Part shown: piece by piece, positions 30,301-42,300 of the stretch
Layout: each line of letters begins with the position of its first letter
Numbering within the stretch: position 1 is the first letter of the stretch
Origin: an uncultured Gammaproteobacteria bacterium
GTDB taxonomy: Bacteria; Pseudomonadota; Gammaproteobacteria; Eutrophobiales; Eutrophobiaceae
Direction of reading: 5' to 3'
NCBI GenBank assembly: GCA_951812995.1
Contig: CATOTD010000003.1
Location: 152,825 to 216,824, forward strand
DNA: 64,000 nt
Notes under the pieces: model-generated
What the model was told of the DNA's origin: nothing
Database searches by the model: none
Seen by the model: the letters and a program-made list of their open reading frames with translations, nothing else
Program-made: the position numbers and the translations under genes

Positions 30301-33300
30301 GGCGCGCCCATCGACATAGACGGCGGCGGCGGTTGGGACGGGTTGATTGACATTATCGCCCGCTTGGGTGTTCGCGCCTAAACGAATGCCCGCGGTTAAC
30401 CCCGCGGTGTCGAGTATGCTGTAGGGCGTTTGTAGCGCGAGAGTCGGCGGGATAGCGTAGATAAAATCATCTTCATCCAGGTCATCCTTCAAGACCCCGG
30501 TCAGGGTGATGGTGCCGGTAGGGGTGGTAATCACCGCGTTACCGTTCACATCTCGGGTTGCGCGCTTTACAGCATCCAGATCGGTAAAGCCAGCAATTCT
30601 AAATAAGTATATTTTATCGGTGCCGGTGGTAAAATCGACAATGGTGTCTGCGCCATGACCGGGGGTAAAGGAAAAGGCATCATTACCCATGCCGCCGATT
30701 AAGGTGTCATCACCGGCGCCGCCTTCGAATATGTTGTCATTCCCATCACCAACCAGTACATCGTTATGCGCCGAGCCAATCAGGTTTTCGATGCTGGTGA
30801 GCACATCGCCCTCGGCATCGCTCCCGACTTGTGCGCCGCGCCCCTTGTTCAGGTTGACATACACGCCGGTCACGCCCGTGACTTCGGTCGCCAGCCCGTG
30901 GGCTGCATCCGCCGCTACGATGTACGCCGCACCCGCCGCTACCGCCGCCGTATACGAGACCGTATCTATACCCGCACCGCCGTCAATGGTATCGGCCCCC
31001 GCGCCGCCGTCGAGCGTGTCATTGCCCGCACCGCCGGTTAAGGTGTCATCACCCGCGCCGCCTTCAAGGCGGTTGGCATTGGCATCGCCGGTGAGCGTGT
31101 CGGCGTAGCGTGAGCCGATAAGGTTCTCGATATTGACGAGTACATCGCCCTGGGCATGACCGCCCGCATTATTGGTATTGTCGGATAAATCCACGGTAAC
31201 GCCGACACCGGAGTTGGCATAATGCACGGTATCTATGCCGCCTTGACCATTGAAGTTTTCATGGCCCGCGGTGGCCGTGTAGGGATTATCCTCCGCATCG
31301 CCGATGAAGCTGTGGACGTGATGGGCATTACTGGCGGCAATGGCCGCGCTATTGGTCGCGGCATCATGACCTGCAGCATCTTTGATAGTGCCGCCGCTTA
31401 AGTCGATATTCGCATTGACGGCAATGCCATCGATATCGGTGTCGTCATCGGCGACAGTGTAGCGAAAGACCAGCGTGGTCGTGCCATTGCCGCTGTGATA
31501 ACTGGCCTCGCGGGTGTTGCCGCCAACCTCGACCTCGATAGTTGGCGTGCCGCCCATGGTATCGACCACCACCGCCTCGTTATAGGTCACCGTGATGTCG
31601 ATGTTGTTGCCAGTGATGTAGGTGTTATCAGGGCCGGCAGCGTTCACCGTGGTGGTGGTGATGGTCGGGGCTGTGGTGTCGACCTTGTGCTGGTCATTGT
31701 CTGCCACGGCCGCATGGATAAGGTCGGCAGGGTTACCGGCGACATCTTTGATAGTGCCGCCGCTTAAGCCAAGCGCATCGGCATTGATGCTGATACCATC
31801 GGCATCGGTATCACCGTCTTGTACCTCGTATTGGAACACCAACGCGGTGGCGGTAGAGGAACCGGCTATATAGCTGGCCTGGCGGGTGTTGCCGCCGATA
31901 ACAATTTCTATGGTTGGCGTGCCGGTGACAACGACATCCTCGCTAAAGGTCACCGTTATCTCTATGGTCTCGCCTGCTATGTAAATACCATCACCCGCAT
32001 CAGAGCTAATCGTGGTGCCGGTGATAGTCGGGGCTGTGGTGTCTATGGTCAAGTTAAAGGCATCACTGGGGACGCTGGCGGCGGTGACAATGTCATTGCC
32101 ATCCACCGCCACCACGCGGGCGGTCAAAACCGCATTCCCCTCGGGCAAGGCGGACGGGGTGTAGGTCCAGGCCTGGCCGACCGTTACCGCCGTGCCGAGT
32201 AATACGCCGTTGTTGTATATCTGCACCTCTTGACCGGCGACCAGGGCCGCGGTGATGGTGCCGCTTAAGGTCGGGGTGGCATCGTTGGTGATGTCGTTCG
32301 TGCGTAAAGGTAAAACAACAGGCGGATTTAGCACCACGCCCACCGTCCCCACATTGTCGGTGACGGCGGTAATCTCGGCGGTGGTGCCCAAGGGCGGTAA
32401 TTGCGCATCGACTTGTTTAGTGAGGTCGGGGTCAACGGTTGTATGGGCAAGGGTGGCATCATTACCGGCCGTGTCTTTGATCGTGGCACCGACAGGCAAT
32501 ACAATGTTTCTGGTCGTGATGCTGATGCCATTGTTGTCGGAGTCATTCAATACTACGGTGTAGCTAAAAACCAGTTGGGTGTTGTCAACACTACTACGGA
32601 CATAGTTGGCCTGTTCGTTCGTGCCGCCAATATTGATGAAGATATGCGGCACGCCGACCACTGTGACTGCTTCATTAAAGGTCAGCGTGATTTCAATCGG
32701 CTCACCGGTATTAAAGGTATTACCTACATTTGGACTATTGATGGCAATACCCGTTACCGATGGGGGCGTGGTGTCGACCTTGTGCTGGTCATTGTCTGCC
32801 ACGAGTCCATGGTTGAGGGTGGCAGGGTTACCGGCGATGTCGGTAATCGTGCTACCACCGCTTAAGCTAAGCGCATTGGCATTGATACTAATACCGTCCG
32901 CATCGTTATCACCGGCTTGTACCTCGTATTGGAAGGTCAGCACTCTGCCGCCCGTGCCACTGTGATAACTGGCCTGGACGGTGTTGCCGCCGATGACGAT
33001 GCCTATGGTTGGCGTGCCGGTTACAACGACATCCTCGCTAAAGGTCACCGTTATCCTAATAAAATCGCCTGCTATGTAAATGTCATCACCCGCATCAGAG
33101 CTAATCGTTGGCACACCCGTGATAGTCGGGGCCGTGGTGTCGACCTTGTGCTGGTCATTGTCTGCCACGAGTCCATGGGCAAGGGTGGCCGGGTTACCGG
33201 CGATGTCGGTAATCGTGCTACCACCGCTTAAGCTAAGCGCATCGGCATTGATGCTGATACCATCGGCATCGGTATCACCGGCTTGTACCTCGTATTGGAA

Positions 33301-36300
33301 CACCAACGCGGTGGCGGTAGAGGAACCGGCTATATAGCTGGCCTGGCGGGTCACACCACCAATGCGAATACCTATTGATGGCGTACCGGTGACAACGACA
33401 TCCTCGCTAAAGGTCACCGTTATCCTAATAAAATCGCCTGCTATGTAAGTATTATCAGGACCCGCATCAGAGCTAATCTCCATGGTGGTGACGGTGGGGG
33501 CCGTGGTGTCGACCCGATGGGCGTTATTGTCTGCCACGAGTCCATGGGCAAGGGTGGCAGGGTTACCGGCGGCATCTTTGATGGTGCCACCGCTTAAGCT
33601 AAGCGCATCGGCATTGATGCTGATACCATCGGCATCGGTATCACCGTCTTGTACCTCGTATTGGAACACCAACGCGGTGGCGGTAGAGGAACCAGCTATA
33701 TAGCTCGCCTGGCGGGTGTTGCCGCCGATGACGATGCCTATGGTTGGCGTGCCGGTGACAACGACATCCTCGTTAAAGGTTACCGTTATCTCTATGGTCT
33801 CGCCTGCTATGTAAGTATTATCCGTACCCGCATCAGAGCTAATCGTTGGCGCACCCGCGATAGTCGGGGCTGTGGTGTCTATGGTCAAGTTAAAGGCCGC
33901 ACTGGGGACGCCGATTGCGGTTAAAGCGCCATCGCCATCCACCGCCACCACTTGGGCGCGAAAACTCGGTGTCGCACCATCGGCAAGCGCGCTTGTCAGT
34001 GTATACGTCCAGACCATGCTGGCACCCAGGGTGGCCGCATCGATCGTGTGCAACAAGGTAGCACCATTGTATATCCGTATGACTTCATTGGCTTCCAGCG
34101 ATGCACTGATGGTGCCGCTTAAGGTCGGGGTGGCATCGTTGGTGATGTCGTTCGTGCGTAAAGGTAAAACAACAGGTGGGTTTAGCACCACGCCCACCGT
34201 CCCCACATTGTCGGTGACGGCGGTAATCTCGGCGGTGGTGCCCAAGGGCGGTAATTGCGCATCGACTTGTTTAGTGAGGTCGGCAGCAACGGTTGTATGG
34301 GCAAGGGTGGCATCATTACCGGCCGTGTCTTTGATCGTGGCACCGTTTAATACAATGTCGGTGGTCGTGATGCTGATGCCATTGTTGTCGGAGTCATTCA
34401 ATACTACGGTGTAGCTAAAAACCAGTTGGGTGGTGCCATTGCCACTTTCATAGTCGGCCTGTTTGTTCGTGCCGCCAATATTGATGAAAATATGCGGCAC
34501 GCCGACCACTGTGACTGCTTCATTAAAGGTCAGCGTGATTTCAATCGGCTCACCGGTATTAAAGGTATTACCTACATTTGGACTATTGATGGCAATACCC
34601 GTTACCGATGGGGGCGTGGTGTCGACCTTGTGCTGGTCATTGTCTGCCACGAGTCCATGGTTGAGGGTGGCAGGGTTACCGGCGGCATCTTTGATGGTGC
34701 CACCGCTTAAGCTAAGCGCATCGGCATTGATACTGATACCGCCCGCATCGTTATCACCGTCTTGTACCTCGTATTGGAAGGTCAGCACTCTGCCGCCCGT
34801 GCCACTGTGATAACTGGCCAGCTTGGGAGCACCGCCGCCGATGACGATGCCTATGGTTGGCGTGCCGGTTACAACGACATTCTCGCTAAAGGTCACCGTT
34901 ATCCTAATAAAATCGCCTGCTATGTAAATGTCATCACCCGCATCAGAGCTAATCGCTGGCACACCCGTGATAGTCGGGGCCGTGGTGTCTACGCGGTGGG
35001 CGTTATTGTCTGCCACGAGTCCATGGGCAAGGGTGGCCGGGTTACCGGCGATGTCGGTAATCGTGCTACCACCGCTTAAGCTAAGCGCATCGGCATTGAT
35101 GCTGATACCATCGGCATCGGTATCACCGGCTTGTACCTCGTATTGGAACACCAACGCGGTGGCGGTAGAGGAACCGGCTATATAGCTGGCCTGGCGGGTC
35201 ACACCACCAATGCGAATACCTATTGATGGCGTGCCGGTGACAACAACATCCTCGCTAAAGGTCACCGTTATCCTAATAAAATCGCCTGCTATGTAAGTAT
35301 CATCTGCACCCGCATCAGAGCTAATCGCTGGTACACCCGTGATAGTCGGGGGCGTGGTGTCGACCCGATGGGCGTTATTGTCTGCCACGAGTCCATGGGT
35401 GAGGGTGGCAGGGTTACCGGCGGCATCTTTGATGGTGCCACCGCTTAAGCTAAGCGCATCGGCATTGATGCTGATACCATCGGCATCGGTATCACCGTCT
35501 TGTACCTCGTATTGGAACACCAACGCGGTGGCGGTAGAGGAACCGGCTATATAGCTGGCCTGGACGGTGTTGCCGCCGATGACGATGCCGATGGTTGGCG
35601 TGCCGGTGACAACAACATCCTCGCTAAAGGTCACCGTTATCCTAATAAAATCGCCTGCTATGTAAGTATTATCACCACCCGCATCAGAGCTAATCGCTGG
35701 CACACCCGTGATAGTCGGGGCTGTGGTGTCTATGGTCAAGTTAAAGGCCGCACTGGGGACGCCGATTGCGGTTAAAGCGCCATCGCCATCCACCGCCACC
35801 ACTTGGGCGGTAAAACTCGGTGTCGCACCATCGGGCAAGGCGGACGGGGTGTACGTCCAGGCCATGCTGGCACCCAGGGTGGCCGCATCGATCGTGTGCA
35901 ACAAGGTAACACCATTGTATATCCGTATGACTTCATTGGCTTCCAGCAATGTACTGATGGTGCCGCTTAAGGTCGGGGTGGTGTCGTTAGTGGTATTGCC
36001 GCTGACCAAGTCGTCTTGCACGGGGTCAACATTATCCTCGGCAGCATCTATGGTGACGGTGGTGTTCAGTCGCGGTAATTGCGCATCGACCTGTTTATTG
36101 GAGTCGGCAGCAACGGTTGTATGGGCAAGGGTGGCATCATTACCGGCGGTATCTTTGATTGTGGCACCGTTTAATACAATGTCGGTGGTCGTGATGCTGA
36201 TGCCATTGTCATCCTTGTCGCCGACCACGGGGCTGTAGCTAAAAACCAGTTGGGTGGTGCCATTGCCACTTTCATAGTCGGCCTGTTTGTTCGTGCCGCC

Positions 36301-39300
36301 AATATTGATGAAGATATGCGGCACACCGACCACTGTGACTGCTTCATTAAAGGTAAGCGTGATTTCAATCGGCTCACCGGTATTAAAGGTATTACCTACA
36401 TTTGGACTATTGATGGCAATACCATCTCTATTGACCGATGGGGCCGTGGTGTCGACCTGGTGGGTATTACTGTCTGCCACGAGTCCATGGGCAAGGGTGG
36501 CAGGGTTACCGGCGATGTCGGTAATCGTGCTACCACCGCTTAAGCTAAGCGCATTGGCATTGATACTAATACCGCCCGCATCGGTATCACCGTCTTGTAC
36601 CTCGTATTGGAAGGTCAGCACTCTGCCGCCCGTGCCACTGTGATAACTGGCCAGCTTGGGAGCACCGCCGCCGATGACGATGCCTATGGTTGGCGTGCCG
36701 GTTACAACGACATTCTCGCTAAAGGTCACCGTTATCCTAATAAAATCGCCTGCTATGTAAATGTCATCACCCGCATCAGAGCTAATCGCTGGCACACCCG
36801 TGATAGTCGGGGCCGTGGTGTCTACGCGGTGGGCGTTATTGTCTGCCACGAGTCCATGGGCAAGGGTGGCCGGGTTACCGGCGATGTCGGTAATCGTGCT
36901 ACCACCGCTTAAGCTAAGCGCATCGGCATTGATGCTGATACCATCGGCATCGGTATCACCGGCTTGTACCTCGTATTGGAACACCAACGCGGTGGCGGTA
37001 GAGGAACCGGCTATATAGCTGGCCTGGCGGGTCACACCACCAATGCGAATACCTATTGATGGCGTGCCGGTGACAACAACATCCTCGCTAAAGGTCACCG
37101 TTATCCTAATAAAATCGCCTGCTATGTAAGTATCATCTGCACCCGCATCAGAGCTAATCGCTGGTACACCCGTGATAGTCGGGGGCGTGGTGTCGACCCG
37201 ATGGGCGTTATTGTCTGCCACGAGTCCATGGGTGAGGGTGGCAGGGTTACCGGCGGCATCTTTGATGGTGCCACCGCTTAAGCTAAGCGCATCGGCATTG
37301 ATGCTGATACCATCGGCATCGGTATCACCGTCTTGTACCTCGTATTGGAACACCAACGCGGTGGCGGTAGAGGAACCGGCTATATAGCTGGCCTGGACGG
37401 TGTTGCCGCCGATGACGATGCCGATGGTTGGCGTGCCGGTGACAACAACATCCTCGCTAAAGGTCACCGTTATCCTAATAAAATCGCCTGCTATGTAAGT
37501 ATTATCACCACCCGCATCAGAGCTAATCGCTGGCACACCCGTGATAGTCGGGGCTGTGGTGTCTATGGTCAAGTTAAAGGCCGCACTGGGGACGCCGATT
37601 GCGGTTAAAGCGCCATCGCCATCCACCGCCACCACTTGGGCGGTAAAACTCGGTGTCGCACCATCGGGCAAGGCGGACGGGGTGTACGTCCAGGCCATGC
37701 TGGCACCCAGGGTGGCCGCATCGATCGTGTGCAACAAGGTAACACCATTGTATATCCGTATGACTTCATTGGCTTCCAGCAATGTACTGATGGTGCCGCT
37801 TAAGGTCGGGGTGGTGTCGTTAGTGGTATTGCCGCTGACCAAGTCGTCTTGCACGGGGTCAACATTATCCTCGGCAGCATCTATGGTGACGGTGGTGTTC
37901 AGTCGCGGTAATTGCGCATCGACCTGTTTATTGGAGTCGGCAGCAACGGTTGTATGGGCAAGGGTGGCATCATTACCGGCGGTATCTTTGATTGTGGCAC
38001 CGTTTAATACAATGTCGGTGGTCGTGATGCTGATGCCATTGTCATCCTTGTCGCCGACCACGGGGCTGTAGCTAAAAACCAGTTGGGTGGTGCCATTGCC
38101 ACTTTCATAGTCGGCCTGTTTGTTCGTGCCGCCAATATTGATGAAGATATGCGGCACACCGACCACTGTGACTGCTTCATTAAAGGTAAGCGTGATTTCA
38201 ATCGGCTCACCGGTATTAAAGGTATTACCTACATTTGGACTATTGATGGCAATACCCGTTACCGATGGGGGCGTGGTGTCGATGGTGATGGGGGCGGCAT
38301 TGCTGCCGACATCAACCGACCTATTACCGGCCGCATCGGTTTGGCGGACTTGTATATGACCTGCGTTATAGGTGGTGTTGGCGGTGCCAAGGCTGAAGGT
38401 GGTGCCCGTGCCGTCTTGCCAGACGGGCGTGCCATCATTGCCATTGATTGTATATTCCCAGGTCGCACCCGCTTCAAGACCCGTGACCGTGATGGTCGGG
38501 TTGCTGGTGATGCCGTCATCAGCGGCCGTGTCGGTAAAGGTGATCTCCGGGTTATCCGGGGGCGTGGTGTCTATGGTGATGGGGGCGGTGCTGCTGCCCA
38601 CGCCAGATACATTACCCGCCACATCGGTCTGGCGTACCTGTATATCACCTCGCACGTAGGTGGTGTTGGCGGTGCCGAGGCTGAAGGTGTTGCCCGTGCC
38701 GTCTTGCCAGACGGGCGTGCCATCATTGCCATTGATTGTATACTCCCAGGTCGCACCCACTTCAAGACCCGTGACCGTGACAGTCGGGTCGTTGGTGCGG
38801 TTGTCACCTGCTGTGCCTGTGTCGGTAAAGGCGATACCCGGGGGCAAGGCCTCGGTGTCGATGGTGATGACCTGGTCGTATTGATAGATGGACTCATTAC
38901 CGGCCGTGTCGGTTTGTTTTATGCGGATAGTATTGGCGTTATAGGTCTTATTGGCGTTGCCAAGGCTGAAGGTACCGTTGCCGCCTGCACCCACCACACC
39001 GCCACCGGTAAACGTGCCGCCATCGATTGAATACGCCCAGGTCGCACCCACTTCAAGGTTTGCGACATTGATGCTCGGGTTATTGGTGATGCGGTCATCA
39101 TCAGCCGTGCCCGTGTCGCGGGTCAAGGCTACTCTCGGATCATCCGGGGGCGTGGTGTCGATGGTTATGGCTCGGTCGTATGTATAGATGGACTCATTAC
39201 CGGCCGTGTCGGTTTGTTTTATGCGGATAGTATTGGCGTTATAGGTCTTATTGGCGTTGCCAAGGCTGAAGGTACCGTTGCCGCCTGCACCCACCACACC

Positions 39301-42300
39301 GCCACCGGTAAACGCGCCGCCATCGATTGAATACGCCCAGGTCGCACCCACTTCAAGGTTTGCGACATTGATGCTCGGGTTATTGGTGATGCGGTCATCA
39401 TCAGCCGTGCCCGTGTCGCGGGTCAAGGCTACTCTCGGATCATCCGGGGGCGTGGTGTCGATGGTTATGGCTCGGTCGTATGTATAGATGGACTCATTAC
39501 CGGCCGTGTCGGTTTGTTTTATGCGGATAGTATTGGCGTTATAGGTCTTATTGGCGTTGCCAAGGCTGAAGGTACCGTTGCCGCCTGCACCCACCACACC
39601 GCCACCGGTAAACGTGCCGCCATCGATTGAATAGGCCCAGGTCGCACCCACTTCAAGGTTTGCGACATTGATGCTCGGGTTATTGGTGATGCGGTCATCA
39701 TCAGCCGTGCCCGTGTCGCGGGTCAAGGCTACGGTCGGATCATCCGGGGGCGTGGTGTCGATGGTGATGGCCTGGTCGTATGTATAGATGGACTCATTAC
39801 CGGCCGTGTCGGTTTGTTTTATGCGGATAGTATTGGCGTTATAGGTCTTATTGGCGTTGCCAAGGCTGAAGGTACCGTTGCCGCCTGCACCCACCACACC
39901 GCCACCGGTAAACGCGCCGCCATCGATTGAATACGCCCAGGTCGCACCCACTTCAAGGTTTGCGACATTGATGCTCGGGTTATTGGTGATGCGGTCATCA
40001 TCAGCCGTGCCCGTGTCGCGGGTCAAGGCTACTCTCGGATCATCCGGGGGCGTGGTGTCGATGGTTATGGCTCGGTCGTATGTATAGATGGACTCATTAC
40101 CGGCCGTGTCGGTTTGTTTTATGCGGATAGTATTGGCGTTATAGGTCTTATTGGCGTTGCCAAGGCTGAAGGTACCGTTGCCGCCCACTGCTACCGTGCC
40201 GACTTCGGTAAACGTGCCGCCATCGATTGAATAGGCCCAGGTCGCACCCACTTCAAGGTTTGCGACATTGATGCTCGGGTTGCTGGTGATGCGGTCATCA
40301 GCAGCCGTGCCCGTGTCGCGGGTCAAGGCTACGGTCGGATCATCCGGGGGCGTGGTGTCGATGGTTAAGGTAAAGGCATCACTGCGGTCGCCGACTGCGG
40401 TTAAAGCGCCATCGCCATCCACCGCCACCACTTGGGCGCGAAAACTCGGTGTCGCACCATCGGCCAAGGCGGACGGGGTGTACGTCCAGGCTTGGCTACC
40501 GGCGACGGTAATGGTCGCCGTGCCGAGTAATACGCCATTGTTGTATATCCGTACCTCTTGATTAGTGGCGGCATCTAGTGGCGCACTGATGGTGCCGCTT
40601 AAGGTCGGGGTGGTGTCGTTAGTGGTATTGCCGCTGACCAAGTCGTCTTGCACGGGGTCAACATTATCCTCGGCAGCGTCTATGGTGGCGGTGGTGACCA
40701 GTCGCGGTAATTGCGCATCGACTTGTTTAGTGAGGTCGGGGCCAACGGTTGTATGGGCAAGATTGGCATCATTACCGGCCGTGTCTTTGATTGTGGCACC
40801 GTTTAATACAATGTCGGTGGTCGTGATGCTGATGCCATTGTCATCGCTGTCGCCGACCACGGGGCTGTAGCTAAAAACCAGTTGGGTGGTGCCATTGCCA
40901 CTTTCATAGTCGGCCTGTTTGTTCGTGCCGCCAATATTGATGAAGATATGCGGCACACCGACCACTGTGACTGCTTCATTAAAGGTAAGCGTGATTTCAA
41001 TAGGCTCACCGGTATTAAAGGTATTGCCTACATTTGGACTATTGATGGCAATACCATCTCTATTGACCGATGGGGCCGTGGTGTCGATGGTGATGGGGGC
41101 GGCATTGCTACCGACATCGACCGACGTATTACCGACCGCATCGGTCTGGCGGACTTGTATATGACCTTGCGCGTAGGTGTTGTCGTCGGTGCCAAGGCTG
41201 AAGGTGGTGCCCGTGCCATCGTCCCAATTACTGCCGTCATCCGTTGAATACTCCCAGGTCGCACCATCTTCAAGACCCGTGATCGTGATGGTCGGGTTGC
41301 TGGTGATGCCGTCATCAGCGGCCGTGTCGGTAAAGGTGATCTCCGGGTTATCCGGGGGCGTGGTGTCGACCCGATGGGTGTTACTGTCTACTACCGCACC
41401 ATGGGTGAGAGTGGCATTGTTACCCGCGATGTCGGTAATCGTGCCACCGTTTAAGTCAAGATTGCCCCGAACAATACTAATACCGCCCGCATCGTTGTCA
41501 CCGGCTTGTACCTCGTATTGGAATACCAGCTCGGTGGTGCCATTGCCACTTTCATAGCTGGCTTGGCGGGGGTTGCCACCCATGTTGATGCTGATGGTTG
41601 GCGTGCCCGTTACGATGACATCCTCATCAAAAGTTACCGTTATCTTAATAACATCGCCTGCCTTGTAAGTATTATCCGTACCGGCATTAGAGCTAATCGC
41701 TGGCACACCCGTGATAGTCGGTGCCGTGGTGTCTATGGTAATCAACGTGGTCGTGCCCACGCGTGATCTATTACCGGCCGCATCAGTTTGCCGTACCTGT
41801 ATCGCACCCGCTTCGTAGCTGGGGTTGGTTAGCTCAAAGCTCGTACCCGTGCCTGGGTTCCAGTTCGTGCCGCTGTCTGTTGAATACTCCCAAGTGGCAC
41901 CATCTTCAATGTTTCTAACCGTCATCGTCGGATCGGAAGTAATACCATCAGCGATGTTAGTGTCATCGGCCAAGGCCAGACCAGGTGCCGATGGCGCGCG
42001 GGTGTCGATGGTCAAGGTAAAGGTGGCGGGGACACCAAAGGTGTTGCTGTCTGTATTGACTACCTGAACGCGATAGCTGGCAGTCGCACCATGACCCAAG
42101 GCCGGGGTTTGTGTGTATGTCCAGTTCTGACCATCTACGGTGGCCGTGCCGAGTAATACGCCATTGTTGTAAACTTGTACGACTTCATTGGTGGCCAGGT
42201 CTACGCTAATGGTACCGCTTAAGGTCGGGGTGGTGTCATTGGTGGTATTGCCAGTGTCTAAATCCGTTGGGGAAGCAAGTACGTCCGCGGCATTGCTGCC

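Noticed and set aside
38870-40370. Regularly spaced identical repeats that could superficially resemble a CRISPR array or satellite
   Set aside because: The period is 300 bp with no unique spacers, and the repeats are in-frame codons of Ig-like domains inside a continuous ORF. There are no cas genes. This is a coding tandem repeat, not CRISPR.
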